Shown here: positions 42,757 through 55,849 of the stretch, in pieces | Layout of the letters: every line of letters begins with the position of its first letter | How positions within the stretch are numbered: position 1 is the first letter of the stretch | Notes under the pieces: generated by a model | What the model was told of the DNA's origin: nothing | What the model saw: only the letters and a program-made list of their open reading frames with translations | Database searches by the model: none | NCBI RefSeq assembly: GCF_009914755.1 | Contig: NC_060927.1 | Length of the DNA: 64,000 bases | Strand: one strand, 5' to 3' | Source of the DNA: the human T2T-CHM13v2.0 reference genome, Homo sapiens | Program-made: the position numbers and the translations under genes

Positions 42757-45700
42757 CTCTATCCTGGAGTATGTTCCATGTGCTAATGTTAATAAAATAG
42801 TCTATAAATGTCTGTTAGGTCTGTTTGTTCTAGGGTATACTTTAACTCCAATGACTGTCAATTTTCTGCCTGCATTAGCTATCCATTGCTGAAAGTACAG
42901 TGTTGAAGTCACATACTATTATTGTATTGAAATCTACCTATCCCTTTATATCAACTGGCACCTGCTCATGGGAAGAAGGCTGCTTCACGTGTTTTATTGG
43001 CTCAGATGAGTATGCATCATCTAGCAGGGCCCTGCACAAGCAGGATAGTTTCCTGACTTCAACAGGAGAGTTCATAGACAAGACTGGCTCCTATTCGTAT
43101 ATGCTGTGGAGTGGAGGCTGGTGTGCCTGTCACATTCGCTCAGATGGGCATGTGTTTCCCAGCAGGTCTCTGCATAGACAGGATAGTTTCTCAACTATAG
43201 CCGGGAGGCTGGATCTGAGACTGGGTCTCCTCAGGATCTGCTGTGGAAAAAAGGCTGGAGAGCCTTGTGTTTACTCAGAGGGCTGTACATCACACAGCAC
43301 TTTCCTGCAGAGGTAGGAGCGTTCCCTGATTCAGTCAAACGGCCAGTTTTGAGATGGGACCTCCTCAGAATTTGCCGTGGGATGGTGGCTGAAGAGCTTG
43401 GTCTTTTTGGTTCAGAGCGGGACCTGTCTCCCAAGACGATGCTGCACATATGAGATAGTTCCCTGACTGCTGAAGCAGGAAGGGCTGGAGCTGAGACAGA
43501 GCCTTCCCAGGATCTACTGTGAGCTGTGGGTTGGAGGCTGGACAGTCCATCTCATTGGCTCAGACAGACAGACAGACATCTCCCAACAGGTCTCTGCACA
43601 AATGGGATAGTTCCCCAACTGCAGTGGTAGAGGATGGAGCTGAGTCTGGCCCCTTCAGGATCTGCTGTGGGGCTGAGACTGAAAAGCCCATCTCATTGGC
43701 CTGGACAGGTATGTGTCTCCTGTCAGTTTTTAGTATAGATGAGATAGTTCCCTGACTGTAGCAAGAAGTGTCAGAGCCGAGGCTGGTCACCTTTGAGATC
43801 TGCTGTGAAATGGAGGTTGACAAACTGACCTGGGATGCCTAGACTTTGGGGCTGGGAGACGTGATAGTCTCCCTCTGGGTCCTTGTACAAACAGCAGCTC
43901 TGAGTTGAAACCTTAGCTGAGGAAGGCTGGAGTAGAACCACAGGGCAAGTTTCAGCCTCATTGCTGAGGCCAATGTTGGCAGGCAGAGGAGCCTTTCTAC
44001 CAAGACACTAGCGTGTACAATTACTTTTGGACCCCTTGGCAGATAGTTTTGCTTGCAAACTCAAGGTCAAATGAGGCTATAGCCAAGTTGCGTGGGGGAC
44101 TGGGCAATTTCTCGGCTTGAACTTGGAAGCAAGCTCAGTGAATTGCTTTGGGAGTGCAGACTAAACGCAGGAACAACGACCTGGGTGTTGTCTACTCTCA
44201 AAACAATACTCCTAGGTCTTGGGCTCCAGAATAGTTTCAAAAACTCCTATTTGAATCCTGAGGCTCCTATAGAGAAACTTTTAACTGTGGATTGGTATAG
44301 AATTTTTGTTGTTCTGGGGGGATATGAATGCGTTATCTTCCATTCTGCCATTCTTGATGATGTCACTCTAGTGTTTAATTTTGATGAAGAATATTTCGTA
44401 AATGTTTTAATGGATCATAATTTTAGCATCAGAATTAAATATTTTTAATGTAAATGTGGATATGTTCTATTTTATAACATTGTGTTTGAAATCAAATAGA
44501 CTTACTGAAATTGAAAATAAGTAAATAGTTACTTATGAGTACATTTTTGAACCTATTTGAGTATATTCCCTTGATATAAAGAATTGATGTAATTATCCTA
44601 ATTATTTCTAGTGTTTTGTCAGGATTATAATAGAAAATGAATGGTAGGGAAGCCTAATTGGTGTTTTGAATAAAAAACTTGGTGCTGCGCATTGCTATGT
44701 CCTGCCAGTTTATGTAAAGAGTGCAAAAAATAAAGAACTCTTTATTTACATATATGTTTATTCACTTATCAATTTATTAAAATATTAATTAAGGGATTAT
44801 TATGTGAAGATAATATGCTAGCTGTTGATAATTAAACAAAAAACAAATCAGACTTGAAAAAGTGGTAACATCTTTTTAGGAAAGGGCCACATATATTGAG
44901 AGAATAACAAGGATATTCAGGTTGAGATTTTGAGCTAAAAAATAATTTTTCTGCATAAGTATTACTTGACCTAAGACTTAATGAATAAGAGTTAGCTATT
45001 TATAGATTGATGAAATGATAATGGGATGATAACTTCAGATACAGAAAACATCACGTGTAATGTTCTTCCTGGGAAAAAGCAGCATAACACATAGGAAATT
45101 GATGTGAGACGAGTAGGACTGAAGTATAAAGCAGGACAGAAGATGAAAAACGTGAAGTGGAAGTAAAGGCAAACCAGATTGTGCAAAACCTGTTGGCCAT
45201 CTAAACAATACTTAAACTATATGATAGAATATGGATGCTTGAAACTTTGTGTCCAATCTTTCCAAGAAAGGCCCACTGTATGACATTTGCTAGAAGAAAG
45301 ATCACAGGACCCAAATTCAAAGCTAAATGTGTAATTAAGCTCTTTAACTTTCATCATTAGTAGATGGTCACCCACAATGACCATGCTAATTACTGAACAT
45401 GGAAGTGCTATACTGGAACGTACGAAGGGACATCTGAGAGCAAAGTAGATGAAGCTGTACAGGGAATCAGATAGTTGATGGGCATAGCTGAGCCTCAGAT
45501 CCAGGGCCACGTAGAGAACCACACATGCTTTTGAGCATTAACGATATGGGAACTATGTTGTTCCATGGTTCAACCAGATTGATGAGTGGGATACATTTTC
45601 TAAGCTGAAAGTCAGTAAATTGGCTTCGAGTGGGATCACTTCTCATTGAATTTCCTATATGAATTCAAAAACTACAAAAACTATAAGGCCATGAGGATAT

Positions 45701-48190
45701 GATGGCTCTGAAACCAAGGAATCTGTTGGCCTACTAATGCTTCCAAACCATGACAACTGCCCATCCTTTCCTGACATAATGGCCTGGTCATGAGAGCAGT
45801 GAGTACAACAGTGGAGCGAGGGGTGGCATGAAGTGGGGCATTTTACCTTTTCCAAGTGCGATGCTGAGGATCAGTATATTATTTCATTCCAAACTTAATT
45901 TTTCACTTGCCAGGCATAATAAATTAGTGTTTCCCTAATGTCCTCTCTCCTCTACACAAAAAAATAGATATTTTAGAACAAAGAAGAAAGATTTATAAAT
46001 GGGATATATAAGAGTATATTCAATTAAACAGGCCGAAAGATCACAGGACCTTCAAAATAAATATCTTGAAGGTGTAGGAGAAAGTGGAAAAAATGGGAGT
46101 GTCAATTCATTAAGAAGACAAGACAGGATGGAGTACCAAGCGCACGTGAAAAAATTTGCCTCCAGTACAAAGAAAGACACTTTCTACTTCTTAAAAGACA
46201 CAAAGAAAAAAATAAAGACTGGGCATATGGCTGTAGGTTTCTAGAGTTGCTGGTGGGGAGATGAAGGAGTTCCCATCTGATAGCTTCTATTTTTTACAAT
46301 GAATTCCGTGGCAATATCATCAGGTGAACATGTGTCTTGTGGGAGTTAGAAAGACCTAAGATGTTTGAGAACAAAAAAAAAATGTATAGTGGCAAAGTCT
46401 TCAGGGAATATGAGGGAGTAAGTCAGATAGGACTGAAGTCTCCCTAACCACTTTTCAAGAAATTATTAGCACTGGGTTATCTTTTGCAGGGAGGTTCAAG
46501 TTATGGCACTTGAGAATATAAATTTATATAATGGGTTTAATCTCCCCCAAATAAAACATAGATATCAGATACAGCATAGTAGACTAGGCAAGAAGAGAAC
46601 ATTTGTAACTAGTCTCCACCAGGTACTGGCTGCACAATTTAGACAAGTTATATAACCTCTAAGTTTAAAATTTCAACACAAAACTTTAAAATAATAACAA
46701 ATATCATATACCTGATTTATTGAAGGACTTAACATGTGTGAAGCATTTATTACAAAACATGGTGCATATTTAGTCTTCATTGATGGTACTGATGAGGGTA
46801 ATAGTAGCGACAGTTATTACTATTTCAGACCCCCTTGATTGAGAGAGACACTAAGAGCGGAATATATCATAATCTGTTTCCCTGCTCATTTTTTCTCAGG
46901 CAAATTTCTTCTACTCCATCTGCTTACTTTCTTGCTCACTACATATGCTCCTTCATTTCAACTTTGTCTGTTATACTCCAGCATGGCTGAACTATTTACA
47001 GTATTCAAAAAAAATGCCATGTCACCTTACACATATGCACATTTGCACAGTTTTCTTGCTGCCTGGAAACACAACCAGTTCAACTAGTACTCCCACCAAA
47101 ACACAAACATATGAACATCTCACTCCTCTTTTGCCAGTGGAGATTTCTCCTTTAAAATTCAACTCAGACACAGGTGGCATAGCTGAGTTGAATTACATGA
47201 ATACAGGTTTGTGGCCATTCCTTCGTCCCTTCCTCTGATGAAATTATATAATATTCTCTGTGTCATATCAATTGATGATGAGCTTCCTGGAAGAGAATGG
47301 GCGCCTTCTCTTTTACATTAACTATCATACACAGATACTCACACACAAAAGGCTTCATACATAGTCATTCAATTTAAGGACAGCACCTCTGAAAGCAGAG
47401 ACAACTCCACACACGCTCTAAACCAGGCTTCAGAGACAGAACGGTCTGTACATGATCAATGTGGGAATAAAAGGGCTGGAGTTTTTCCAAGTTATTAAAA
47501 TCCTACCAACTGCACTATCAACAATAACAGTGGAAGTACAGAGATCCAAAGCGGTGCCAGGTTTGTTAAGAAGAAGGATCAATAGTTATGAAAGAGAATA
47601 AACCACACCACATAGGTGAAGTTAGTGAACAGGTGAAGGCAGGAAATAGTAAAGCTTTCCAAGAGAAAAAAAAAATGCCTCAGATCCAGAAATTCTTAAC
47701 ATCCAAATAAAATAAATGATGAAACAATCCAAACTTTCCTTTGGAAAGAGAGTGATTAGAGTAGCCTCAGACTCTCCTTCCGTGTTAGGAAATATCATAA
47801 GATGGGCACATAAAAAGCCAACGTGGCTTTCTGTACTACTTTTTACTTTTGGGTAATTTTGCATGTTTGCAAATTCTATTTTATGACTAGCATTTTATCT
47901 ATGTTCTCTTTGGGATTTGAGAGTCTTTCTTTAGTGTATTCATTTAATTGTTTTCTGCTTGACTTAAGTACTAAATGTTTGGGGTATAGTTAACCTGAAG
48001 GTGGTTATTAGATTTTCCTTTACTTAGAAAAGAATGCTGCCTAAGACCACTCTATAACCTTGCCCCCCCCCCATTTTAACAAATGCATTATCACTTTAAT
48101 GATTCAATGCAGTGTGTTTCTTTTATGCAAAATATGGATTTGCAGAGAGAAAAAGAGAGAGAGAAATCAAGTAGATAAAAAGTTTTTTCT

Positions 48191-48306
48191 CATCTTCTAC
48201 TGTATTTTATAGCAAGAATACAGTAAGGATATGACAGTTTGGGCATTCTTTGATGTATGGATACAGAAGTCCATTTTATTATAAACACTGTTTTAAGTCT
48301 TGGTAC
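48191..48306 (-). pseudogene. Exon relic, SAP-like helix pair
   Basis: cttgtttatcag| start, phase 2; reads YQDLKQCL**NGLLYPYIKECPNCHILTVFLL*NTVED. Compare HMGXB3 EEKLQHLLRQCGIPFG...LLALYESVQNG. Donor not canonical. Confidence 0.7.
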
Positions 48307-48357
48307 CTGATAAACAAGTTACTTTTCATTGTGGATACATAGTATAGTCGACCTCAC

Positions 48358-48475
48358 CTTTTCGATTTGTTTAATATGTCTTCTGTATGCAGTTTTTTTT
48401 GTGTGTTTTTTACGCTTTTAAGAAGACTTGCCAACAATATTCTGTCATCTTTAATATCAAGTAGGACATCACTGA
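48358..48475 (-). pseudogene. Exon relic
   Basis: 118 nt, phase 1-2, donor AAG|gtgagg, open; reads SDVLLDIKDDRILLASLLKSVKNTQKKLHTEDILNKSK. Compare HMGXB3 SALVRLLQEGTCKLDEIGSYS. Alternative acceptor gives start at 48485. Confidence 0.7.
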
Positions 48476-48597
48476 CTTAAAGTTGCTTGGAAGAACAAGA
48501 GTACATTGCAGACACACATTGTTGAACTTATTCCTAGATTAAATTTGTGTTGATCAATGTCAATTCTTCCAGGATGCCAGATGGCATTTTGACTTAC

Positions 48598-48689
48598 CCT
48601 TTCTTACATCAGTGGTATTGCAGAAGTGCCTGTCAGTAGGGAAAGACATAGGAAAGATGCTCTTTCACAGGGAAGGACTGGTGTCAGAC
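48598..48689 (-). pseudogene. Exon relic
   Basis: ttatatttaag| 92 nt |gtaagt, phase 2-1; reads SDTSPSL*KSIFPMSFPTDRHFCNTTDVRK. Compare HMGXB3 APFFPPLMRGAVVVNTEKDK. Confidence 0.7.
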
Positions 48690-49457
48690 CTTAAATATAA
48701 TTAAGAGGAAAAAATAGGAATATTTTAAATAACTATTGTTTAAAAATTAATTGCACATGAGCTAAAGTAAACTAGTTTGCTCTTCCAGGAGGATCACAAA
48801 ATAATTTATTTCCAACTCCATTTGAAGCTTGTGATAGTGAAGATATTCAAGGGCCTTTCAAACCATTAAACCTCTTTACATATCATTTAAAATATTCTCA
48901 TGTGCCAAGAATAATTTTGTCTAATTGTTCAAAGAAAATAATGTTTTCTGAAACTTGCCATCTATACTTGGTTGATAGTTCAGGATAAATTATTAAAAAT
49001 AATTTCACACATTTCATCTCAAATATTGCTTAATCCATTATGTATGTATTGTCTTACAGTCCAGAATCTGTGTAGATTATCAATCAAACTGAAGTAATTG
49101 CTACAGGAGAAGTGTCTGACCTAACTGCAAATGTCAAATAAATATGTTGGAGAGAAAATTATTTGATAAATTTCAGAAAACATTTTCTTTTCTCGATGGG
49201 CGGAAAAACAATAGTTTGTGTTTACAAACATACGTGTGTGTTTGATGGTCAGTTTTTCCCCATAATGCTACTGAATTCAAGTTGCTAGGGATATCTCAGG
49301 AAGAGGTACTAGCACTTAATATCTACTGTCTTTCAGTTCCTCTTATCATCGCTTTAACCCTCAGAATAAAGTGCTCTTTAGGACTTCTCAGTTTTGTAGA
49401 TGAGGAAGCTGAAATTGGAAGAGAATAAGAGACTTGCTTAATTAAGGTCACACAAAT

Positions 49458-49511
49458 ATTAGATTGGTGCAAAGGATTGCAATAACCACAATTACTTTTG
49501 CACCAATGTAA
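49458..49511. mobile_element. MADE1 (Hsmar1 MITE), internally deleted
   Basis: TTAGATTGGTGCAAA...CAATTACTTTTGCACCAAT inverted-repeat structure. Confidence 0.75.
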
Positions 49512-50049
49512 CTTTATTGCTGGAATGTCAATAGGAGTTTAAGTTGAGAGACTATTCTAAGAAATCTCACATCAAAGGCTTCTATGGCACCGTTCTTAAT
49601 TTACTCATAGGTTTAGCTCTAATTTCTACAGTACAAATGATCAGTTTTCTTTATAAATTTTCTGCTCAGATTATATCTTGTTTTCCAGGGCAACGCCTTG
49701 CTTTTATGGGCTGGAATATGTAAGCTGGTTAACGTTGCAGAGGCCTCATGTTACATAGACCTGATATCAATAGAGGCAAAGATAAATAAGATCAAGTTGA
49801 TATTAATTTGGTGGATAGGCACATTTCAATATTCTCTTGAGTCCTCTGCAGAAATCTGATTTTACAGACTGATGATAGAATAGATTTGTGTGGGGCAACA
49901 TTTATGTAAATAAATATTTCAATATTATACTTCTTGCCATTCTAGTAATCAATTTCAAATGGGTTTGTTGTTGATTATATTTTTATAGATTTCTAAGAAG
50001 AACATATTATCCAAAGTAAGTAAAACTTATTTTACATGATCAAATTTAC

Positions 50050-50153
50050 CTTTTAACTTAAAACTTTTCAATCTGGAGTTGCATTACACCTCGTAGAATA
50101 ATTTGTGTAGAAGGTAAAGGATATTTAGGTGGAGGTTTCTGCTGTGGCTTCCC
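50050..50153 (-). pseudogene. Exon relic
   Basis: gctaat...cctttaacag| 104 nt |gtaaat, phase 0-2; reads GKPQQKPPPKYPLPSTQIILRGVMQLQIEKF*VK. Compare HMGXB3 NVEDFWATMETEVIEQV. Confidence 0.7.
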
Positions 50154-52012
50154 CTGTTAAAGGATGGTTCATTAGCATACAATAATGAGAGAAAGAGCAG
50201 TAATTTGTGACTATGCCCCAATCTTATTTGTTTAGACTAGGGCATTGCCTGACTTCCCTATGTGACGGAGTTCATGCATTAACAAAACTTTCTGCTTTTC
50301 TCAGACCCAACTTTTCTCTTTTTTAATTATCCAGTGTTCCAAAAAAATTTTTCTATTGGAATGATAGTTCCTGATTACATTAGTCTTCTCTCAGACCCCC
50401 ACCTTCAACTTGTAAGTGATGTTATTCAAACCCATGATTTAAGCTTTTTTGTTTACTAAAGCTATTTCTTAGTGATTTTTCAGAAACATACCTATCATTC
50501 ATGGACTCAATTTAATTGTGATAGCCATATTCTGTAAGCTCTCACTTTACCTTCCTTAACTCTGTGAAAGTCTTCTTTTTTTAAAGTGTAGAACTGAGAG
50601 TAAAACAGTTCATTTTTATGAGTGTTCCTTAAAAATATTATGACAAATAATGACATAGGTCATTAGCGTATGATGTCCTAATAGAATTATTTTTGTTAGT
50701 AATCTGCCTGCCATTTGAAAATTGCCAAGCCATTGTCTTAAAAAAATGATTGAAGGTTGTTATTCTTTATATAGCAAAGGAAAGTGCTGGAAAAATTCTC
50801 TTTAAATTTAAGAGAAAGCAATAATTATTTTAAAAATGGGTTCCCTGAGTAGTTCCAAACACTAGAATAGTTGCAATAAATTAGTGAAGTCATGTCTTCT
50901 TACATTAATTAGATGCATTGTAAAGTAAATGTCTTCATTTTTGTGTAATTGGGAAATATAATTTGAAGAATTAAATAATCTTTTTATGTAGGACACTATA
51001 TTCAGGCAGCACCTAATTATTTGAATGTTTCATATTTCATGTTTAGGTACGATATGTTTAGTACATGTATGGGATCACTTATCCTATGTGGCAGTGGAAC
51101 TTTCGATGTTTGTCTCAATCATAATAAGCTATATTAGTCTTTAGTCAGAAAAAAAGGCTCCATGTCTATGTGGCTTAAAACAATTAAAGTTTATTTTCAC
51201 TCATGCTACATGTTTATAGTTATTGGCTGGCAGCCTTCTTCCAAATGTCTTCTCTCTGGGACACTGTCTGGCAGAGCCTCATAGCAATACTCCTCAATGT
51301 TTAATGTGCATATAAATCACTTGTTAAAATTCATATATTGGTTCACCTCTGTGGAGGTACCTGAAATACTGGATGACGTCTGGGCCTAGAACAAAAACAG
51401 ATCTGGAAAGTATGAGCCATTGCTGAAAACCTCTGACTTCTAAGAACCCTTGAATTCCTGCCATAGTGAACTTAACTTCAGATTAATCCCCTCTCATACC
51501 TTTCCCACCATTTCAATAATAAAAGAAAGGGTCCTCCAGTGCACCAGTCACTTTTTCCCCTCAGCAACTAATACTCTATTCAATAGTGAAAGTTTCCCTT
51601 ACAACAGAAAAGTTTGATTATGGCTTCTAATACAAAATTTACTCTTACTTTAACAGACTATTGCTCAAAGTCCTCCTTGTCTATATTCAGTATTCTTCAT
51701 CTTCAGAGTGAATGTTATAAAGAAATCTAAAATGTTTTAACTCCATTAAATAATCTGGCACACCCATGCTAGAGAAACAACAATAACATAAAGATGCATA
51801 GTTGTATCTACACATCAGCTTGCAAATTACTCAGGCTAAACACACTGACTTTCTCTGCATTTGAATACGTGGTCTCATCTGTTACTCATATTGACTTCAG
51901 CTCGCTGCTCACACACGTTAATCATCCAATCCCCTTGAACTGTCAACCTCCTTCTGACTTTTTTTTTTTTTTAACCAGTCAAGACCTGATATTTGTTAAG
52001 ACGCAGTTTCCA

Positions 52013-52302
52013 GGCCGGGCGAGGTGGCTCATGCCTGTATTCCCAGCACTTTGGGAGGCCGAGGCGGACAGATCACAAGGTCAGGAGGTTGAGACCATCC
52101 TGGCTAACATAGTGAAACCCCATCTCTACTGAAAATACAAAAAGAATTAGCCAGGCATGGTGGCACGCACCTGTAGTCCCAGCTACTCAGGAGGCTGAGG
52201 CAGGAGAATCACTTGAACCCAGGAGGTGAGGTTGCAGTGAGCTGAGATGGCACCACTGCACTACAGCCTGGGCGACAGAGCAAGACTCTGGAAAAAAAAA
52301 AA
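52013..52302 (+). mobile_element. AluSc-like
   Basis: GAGACCATCCTGGCTAACA diagnostic; TSD AAGACGCAGTTTCCA / AAGATGCAGTTCCCA. Confidence 0.9.
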
Positions 52303-52391
52303 AAGATGCAGTTCCCATATGTACCCAATAATGGAAAACCATAGGCAATGGTAACTCTATCTGGAACATTGTTCTTGCCTTAATTACTCAC

Positions 52392-52522
52392 ACAAATGTA
52401 AGAAAGAACATAACATTTGTATCTTGTGATCTCCTTGTACTTCTCAGTACTACCAAATCCACGAAACACGTGAAGGGAAATACATTATTTAAGCATATGG
52501 ACAAAAGACCCTCATGAATTGG
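52392..52522 (-). pseudogene. Exon relic with CxxCG motif preceding the first catalytic position
   Basis: ttatactattctag| 131 nt |gtgagt; reads PIHEGLLSICLNNVFPFTCF[-4 nt, restores VC]GFGSTEKYKEITRYKCYVLSYIC. Compare HMGXB3 AFECLTVRDYNDMICGICGVAPKVEMAQRSEENVLALKSVE. Confidence 0.75.
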
Positions 52523-52596
52523 CTAGAATAGTATAAGGCATACATCATATGAAATAGTTGTGAGCACAAGGAAAATCAAATAAAAAATGTACATTC

Positions 52597-52905
52597 GGCC
52601 AGGCGCAGTGGCTCACACCTGTAATCCTAGAACTTTGGGAGGTCGAGGAGGGCAGATCACCTGAGATCAGGAGTTCAAGACCAGCTTGGCCAACATGGCG
52701 AAACCCCGTTTCTACTAAAAATACAAAACTTAGCCAGGCATGGTGGTGTGTATCTGTAATCTCACCTACTTGGGAGGCTGAGGCAGGAGAATCATTTGAA
52801 CCCAGGAGGCAGAGTTTGCAGTGAGCCGAGATCATGCCACTGCACTTCAGCCTGGGTGACAGAGTGAGACTCCATCTCAAAAAAAAAAAAAAGGAAGAAA
52901 GAAAA
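52597..52905 (+). mobile_element. AluSx/Sz-like
   Basis: Full dimer with GATCACCTGAG.TCAGGAGTTC and an A-tail. Confidence 0.9.
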
Positions 52906-55089
52906 AGTATATATCCACCATCTCTGTGAATGGCCTGCATCTGCCACTTACCTGAGAACTGAACATAGAATCTGATATCCATTAGCATTACAGGTCATTC
53001 AGCTATCTAAAACAAATTTCCAACCTTCTGTGCATGTATTTCCTCTTTCTCCATTCCCTACCCTAATGAGATAAGGCATTTTTGAATAATATTGTAAACA
53101 TCATGAATAGCTTGTAATAGGAAAAAGTTTGTACATTGTAAGATAATTAATTGGAGAAGATGACAATTAGGACTAGGGTCAAATCCAGGATTTGATTTCA
53201 AGGGACTGATAGGTATAGGAAGCATATAACCTAAGAAATGTGCCCTAATAGCCTATGTTATCTGAAAAGATTAAAATACTCATTGAGTGACAAACAAATT
53301 CTGCATATTTTACTACTTAATAAAATGGTTTCTTGGCCCTATTTTTGATTTCTCTTTTTCCTATAATCCTGATCAGTATATCACATCCTCTGAGCGAGCT
53401 CCTCAATCTTCACTGGGGTATCAGTATGGGTAGCTGTGGAGCCAGAAAACCAAGTGTGTGACGTCATTATGGTGGCAATATGTACCTTATCATTTTATTT
53501 TGTGGGGAAGTTATTATATTCAGCCTCAGCAAGAAGCAATAAATGCTCTAGAGTCAATTGATAATGCAGGTTCAGATCTTGGGAGAAAGGTCAGAACAGA
53601 GTTTATAAAATTTGAAGTCATTCTCATAGAGGTGGTAGTTAAAAAGATAGAACAGAGCAAATAAACTGTAGACAGCAAAGGGTCATGCAGTGACTCCTTG
53701 GGTAACACCTGAATTAGTAGAGGAAAGGAGAAATACAATTCAGCGGTAGAGACACTAGGAAAAAAAATTAGTCAAGAATAGAAAAATTGCAATTTAATGG
53801 GCTGAGGAATTAGAAAATTGATTTCATAATGTTGCCATCAATCGTGATGAATGATACAGAGAATTCAAGATAAGGTAACTTTATATCTTGTTTATTTTGG
53901 ATTTTGATTTCTAGTAAGAAAGGGCCAGTTACTATGCAAGCTCTGTAATTAGACAACCTGGATTCAAGCCCACGTTCTGATACTTGCTAGCTCTGTTGTC
54001 CCTTTGGGTGATAGTTTCTAAGTTTTCTACACTTCTAAATTCTTACCTGTATATAGGTAAAATTAGATAATCCATGTGAAGGCTTTAGGTGTTATCTGGC
54101 ATAAAAAGCCTTCAATAAATATTAGTTTAAAAATAATGACATGATTATATTTGTAAGAGCACTTGTGAAGAAGGATGAAAATCCATCCAGTTTGCAACAG
54201 AGTTAGAATTTGGGTGTAGTTATGTACTCTACTACGTACTATGGTAAGTGGACACTACTTGTCTAACTGCAGTAGTAGAGTGGTACATCTATCACCTTTG
54301 ATGAGTTGACAATTTGTGCCTTTTTTATTACCAGTTTTTAGAATAAGTCTCCCTTGAACATATTTTCAGTAGACTGAAAGGAAGAAGTAAAGAAAAAAAT
54401 ATTTATAAAGACAAAAGCCATACATGAAAAGATGAATCAGAAACTCAGTGGGAATATTAGCTTGGGTAAGTGAGACTAATAGATATTCATCTGAACCCAG
54501 GGTGTAGGAGAGGAGTAAAGAAACACGTATATTGATATTAGAAAATGGAGTTTTTTTTTCAAATATCCTCAGTCTGAAAACATAAGAAAGGTCAGCTATA
54601 GAGAGTAAGAGTAGTAGAGATGAGGTTTCATATTGAGAAAGCAGAAAAAGATTGGGATAACACCAAATAGAATATTAGATAGTGTCATTTAATAATGACT
54701 AAAAAAAAGTTACAGAATTAGGAAGATAACAGGGAGGGTAAAGATCTATAGTATGCTTTCATCTAAATCACAGGACTTGGATGTAATTTTGCAAGCATTA
54801 AACGGTGAACAAAAATAAAGTTAATAACACAAAAAATTAAAATTGAGAATGTTCAATCTCAGAGTACTATAAAAAATATATTGAAGGAATGATCTTGAAA
54901 CAAGAAGACTACTAAAATAGCCATCTTATATGAAAGAACTCAGCGTGCAAGGCAATGGGAGTGAAAACGGGGGCAAGAGGGATGGAATGAATGGCAGATA
55001 CATATTCTTCTGGTTGAATGTAGTCATTTAGCTCACATTTCTAAAACCTATCATAATAAAAATTTAACTGTCTGATATTTTCTACTTGC

Positions 55090-55224
55090 CAACAAATAAT
55101 TATATCATAAAGTATGTCATGTATTTGAAACAATTAATTTTCAAATCAAGTTAAAATATCATGGCTAAACTTTCTTCAACCAAGCAACTGACTCTGCAGT
55201 ATGAGAAACCACAGATTTACTACA
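55090..55224 (-). pseudogene. Exon relic
   Basis: gctaattaattgtatcttcag| start, phase 0; reads CSKSVVSHTAESVAWLKK. Ends either at 55171 (|gtttag) or at 55090 (|gcaagt; 135 nt with 5 stops). Confidence 0.5.
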
Positions 55225-55525
55225 CTGAAGATACAATTAATTAGCATGGTTTGAGGCAATGGAATCAGAAGTTTGGCTTATTTAATGAGGATCACTGTCT
55301 ATTATGTTTTCACAAACGAACTCAACTGTTAACTTTCTTCAAATACAAAGCATATTTAAAAATATTTCTATATTATATATATATGTATATATATATATAT
55401 ATAGCTTCCAAAAGTCTCTTGAGTGTATGTTTGCAAAATTCTCATGAACCGGCTGCTTCCTTTGAGTGTTTGTTTTGTTTTGTTTTGTTTTTAAGTTCGG
55501 GTCTAGTCCTCGGAATCAAACTCAC

Positions 55526-55553
55526 AGACCAATATAGTCATTTAAACTTTGTT
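55526..55553 (-). pseudogene. 28-nt micro-exon relic
   Basis: tttcattcattttag| 28 nt |gtgagt. Phase 2-0 exactly bridges its neighbours; reads (I)TKFK*LYWS. Confidence 0.6.
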
Positions 55554-55662
55554 CTAAAATGAATGAAATGAAAATACTGTTTGTGGAAGAAAACCATGTT
55601 TTTTTGTGTGTGTGGAGTTTTGTTTGTTTGTTTTTTTTGTTTTGTTTTGTTTTGTTTTTTAC

Positions 55663-55759
55663 ATAGAGGAAAAAGCAGCAGAAAATTCTTCCCCAGAGAA
55701 AAACATTCCTTGTTGATTTATGTCTGCAATAGGAGAATAATGTAACAGATGTATATTGC
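55663..55759 (-). pseudogene. Exon relic, 'D...G.F..G' segment
   Basis: tttactttattccag| 97 nt |gtaaaa, phase 1-2, open; reads NIHLLHYSPIADINQQGMFFSGEEFSAAFSS. Compare HMGXB3 LALHSFIDIYTGLFNVGNKLLVSLDLL. Confidence 0.75.
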
Positions 55760-55849
55760 CTGGAATAAAGTAAATTCAGCAAATAAATTTAAATCACATA
55801 CAACTTATGTTTTATGGTACAGTTGTGAATTGTGCTTTTTTGTTTCTAT

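Larger units (their letters stand above)
39590..44369 (-). mobile_element. Old L1 (L1M/L1MA-PB class): 5'UTR with tandem array plus 5' two-thirds of ORF2
   Basis: ORF2 peptides (MQGCFNICKSMNII.HI.R.KNKNH.I.SIDA..AFDK; SSYTKINSKW.K.LNV). 5' end reads AGAGTGACATCATCAAGAATGGCAGAA on the minus strand. Confidence 0.85.

Noticed and set aside
42990-43900. Repeat-spacer-like pattern (CRISPR-like)
   Set aside because: Eukaryotic L1 5'UTR monomers; whole units are homologous and there are no unique spacers.
48780-48840. Minus-strand 'GVGNKLF' resembling HMGXB3 'NVGNKLL'
   Set aside because: Out of order with the colinear exon chain and lacks splice sites; the equivalent segment is at 55663-55759.
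55251-55330. Plus-strand 'FGLFNEDHCLL' motif
   Set aside because: Wrong strand relative to all other exons; treated as coincidence.
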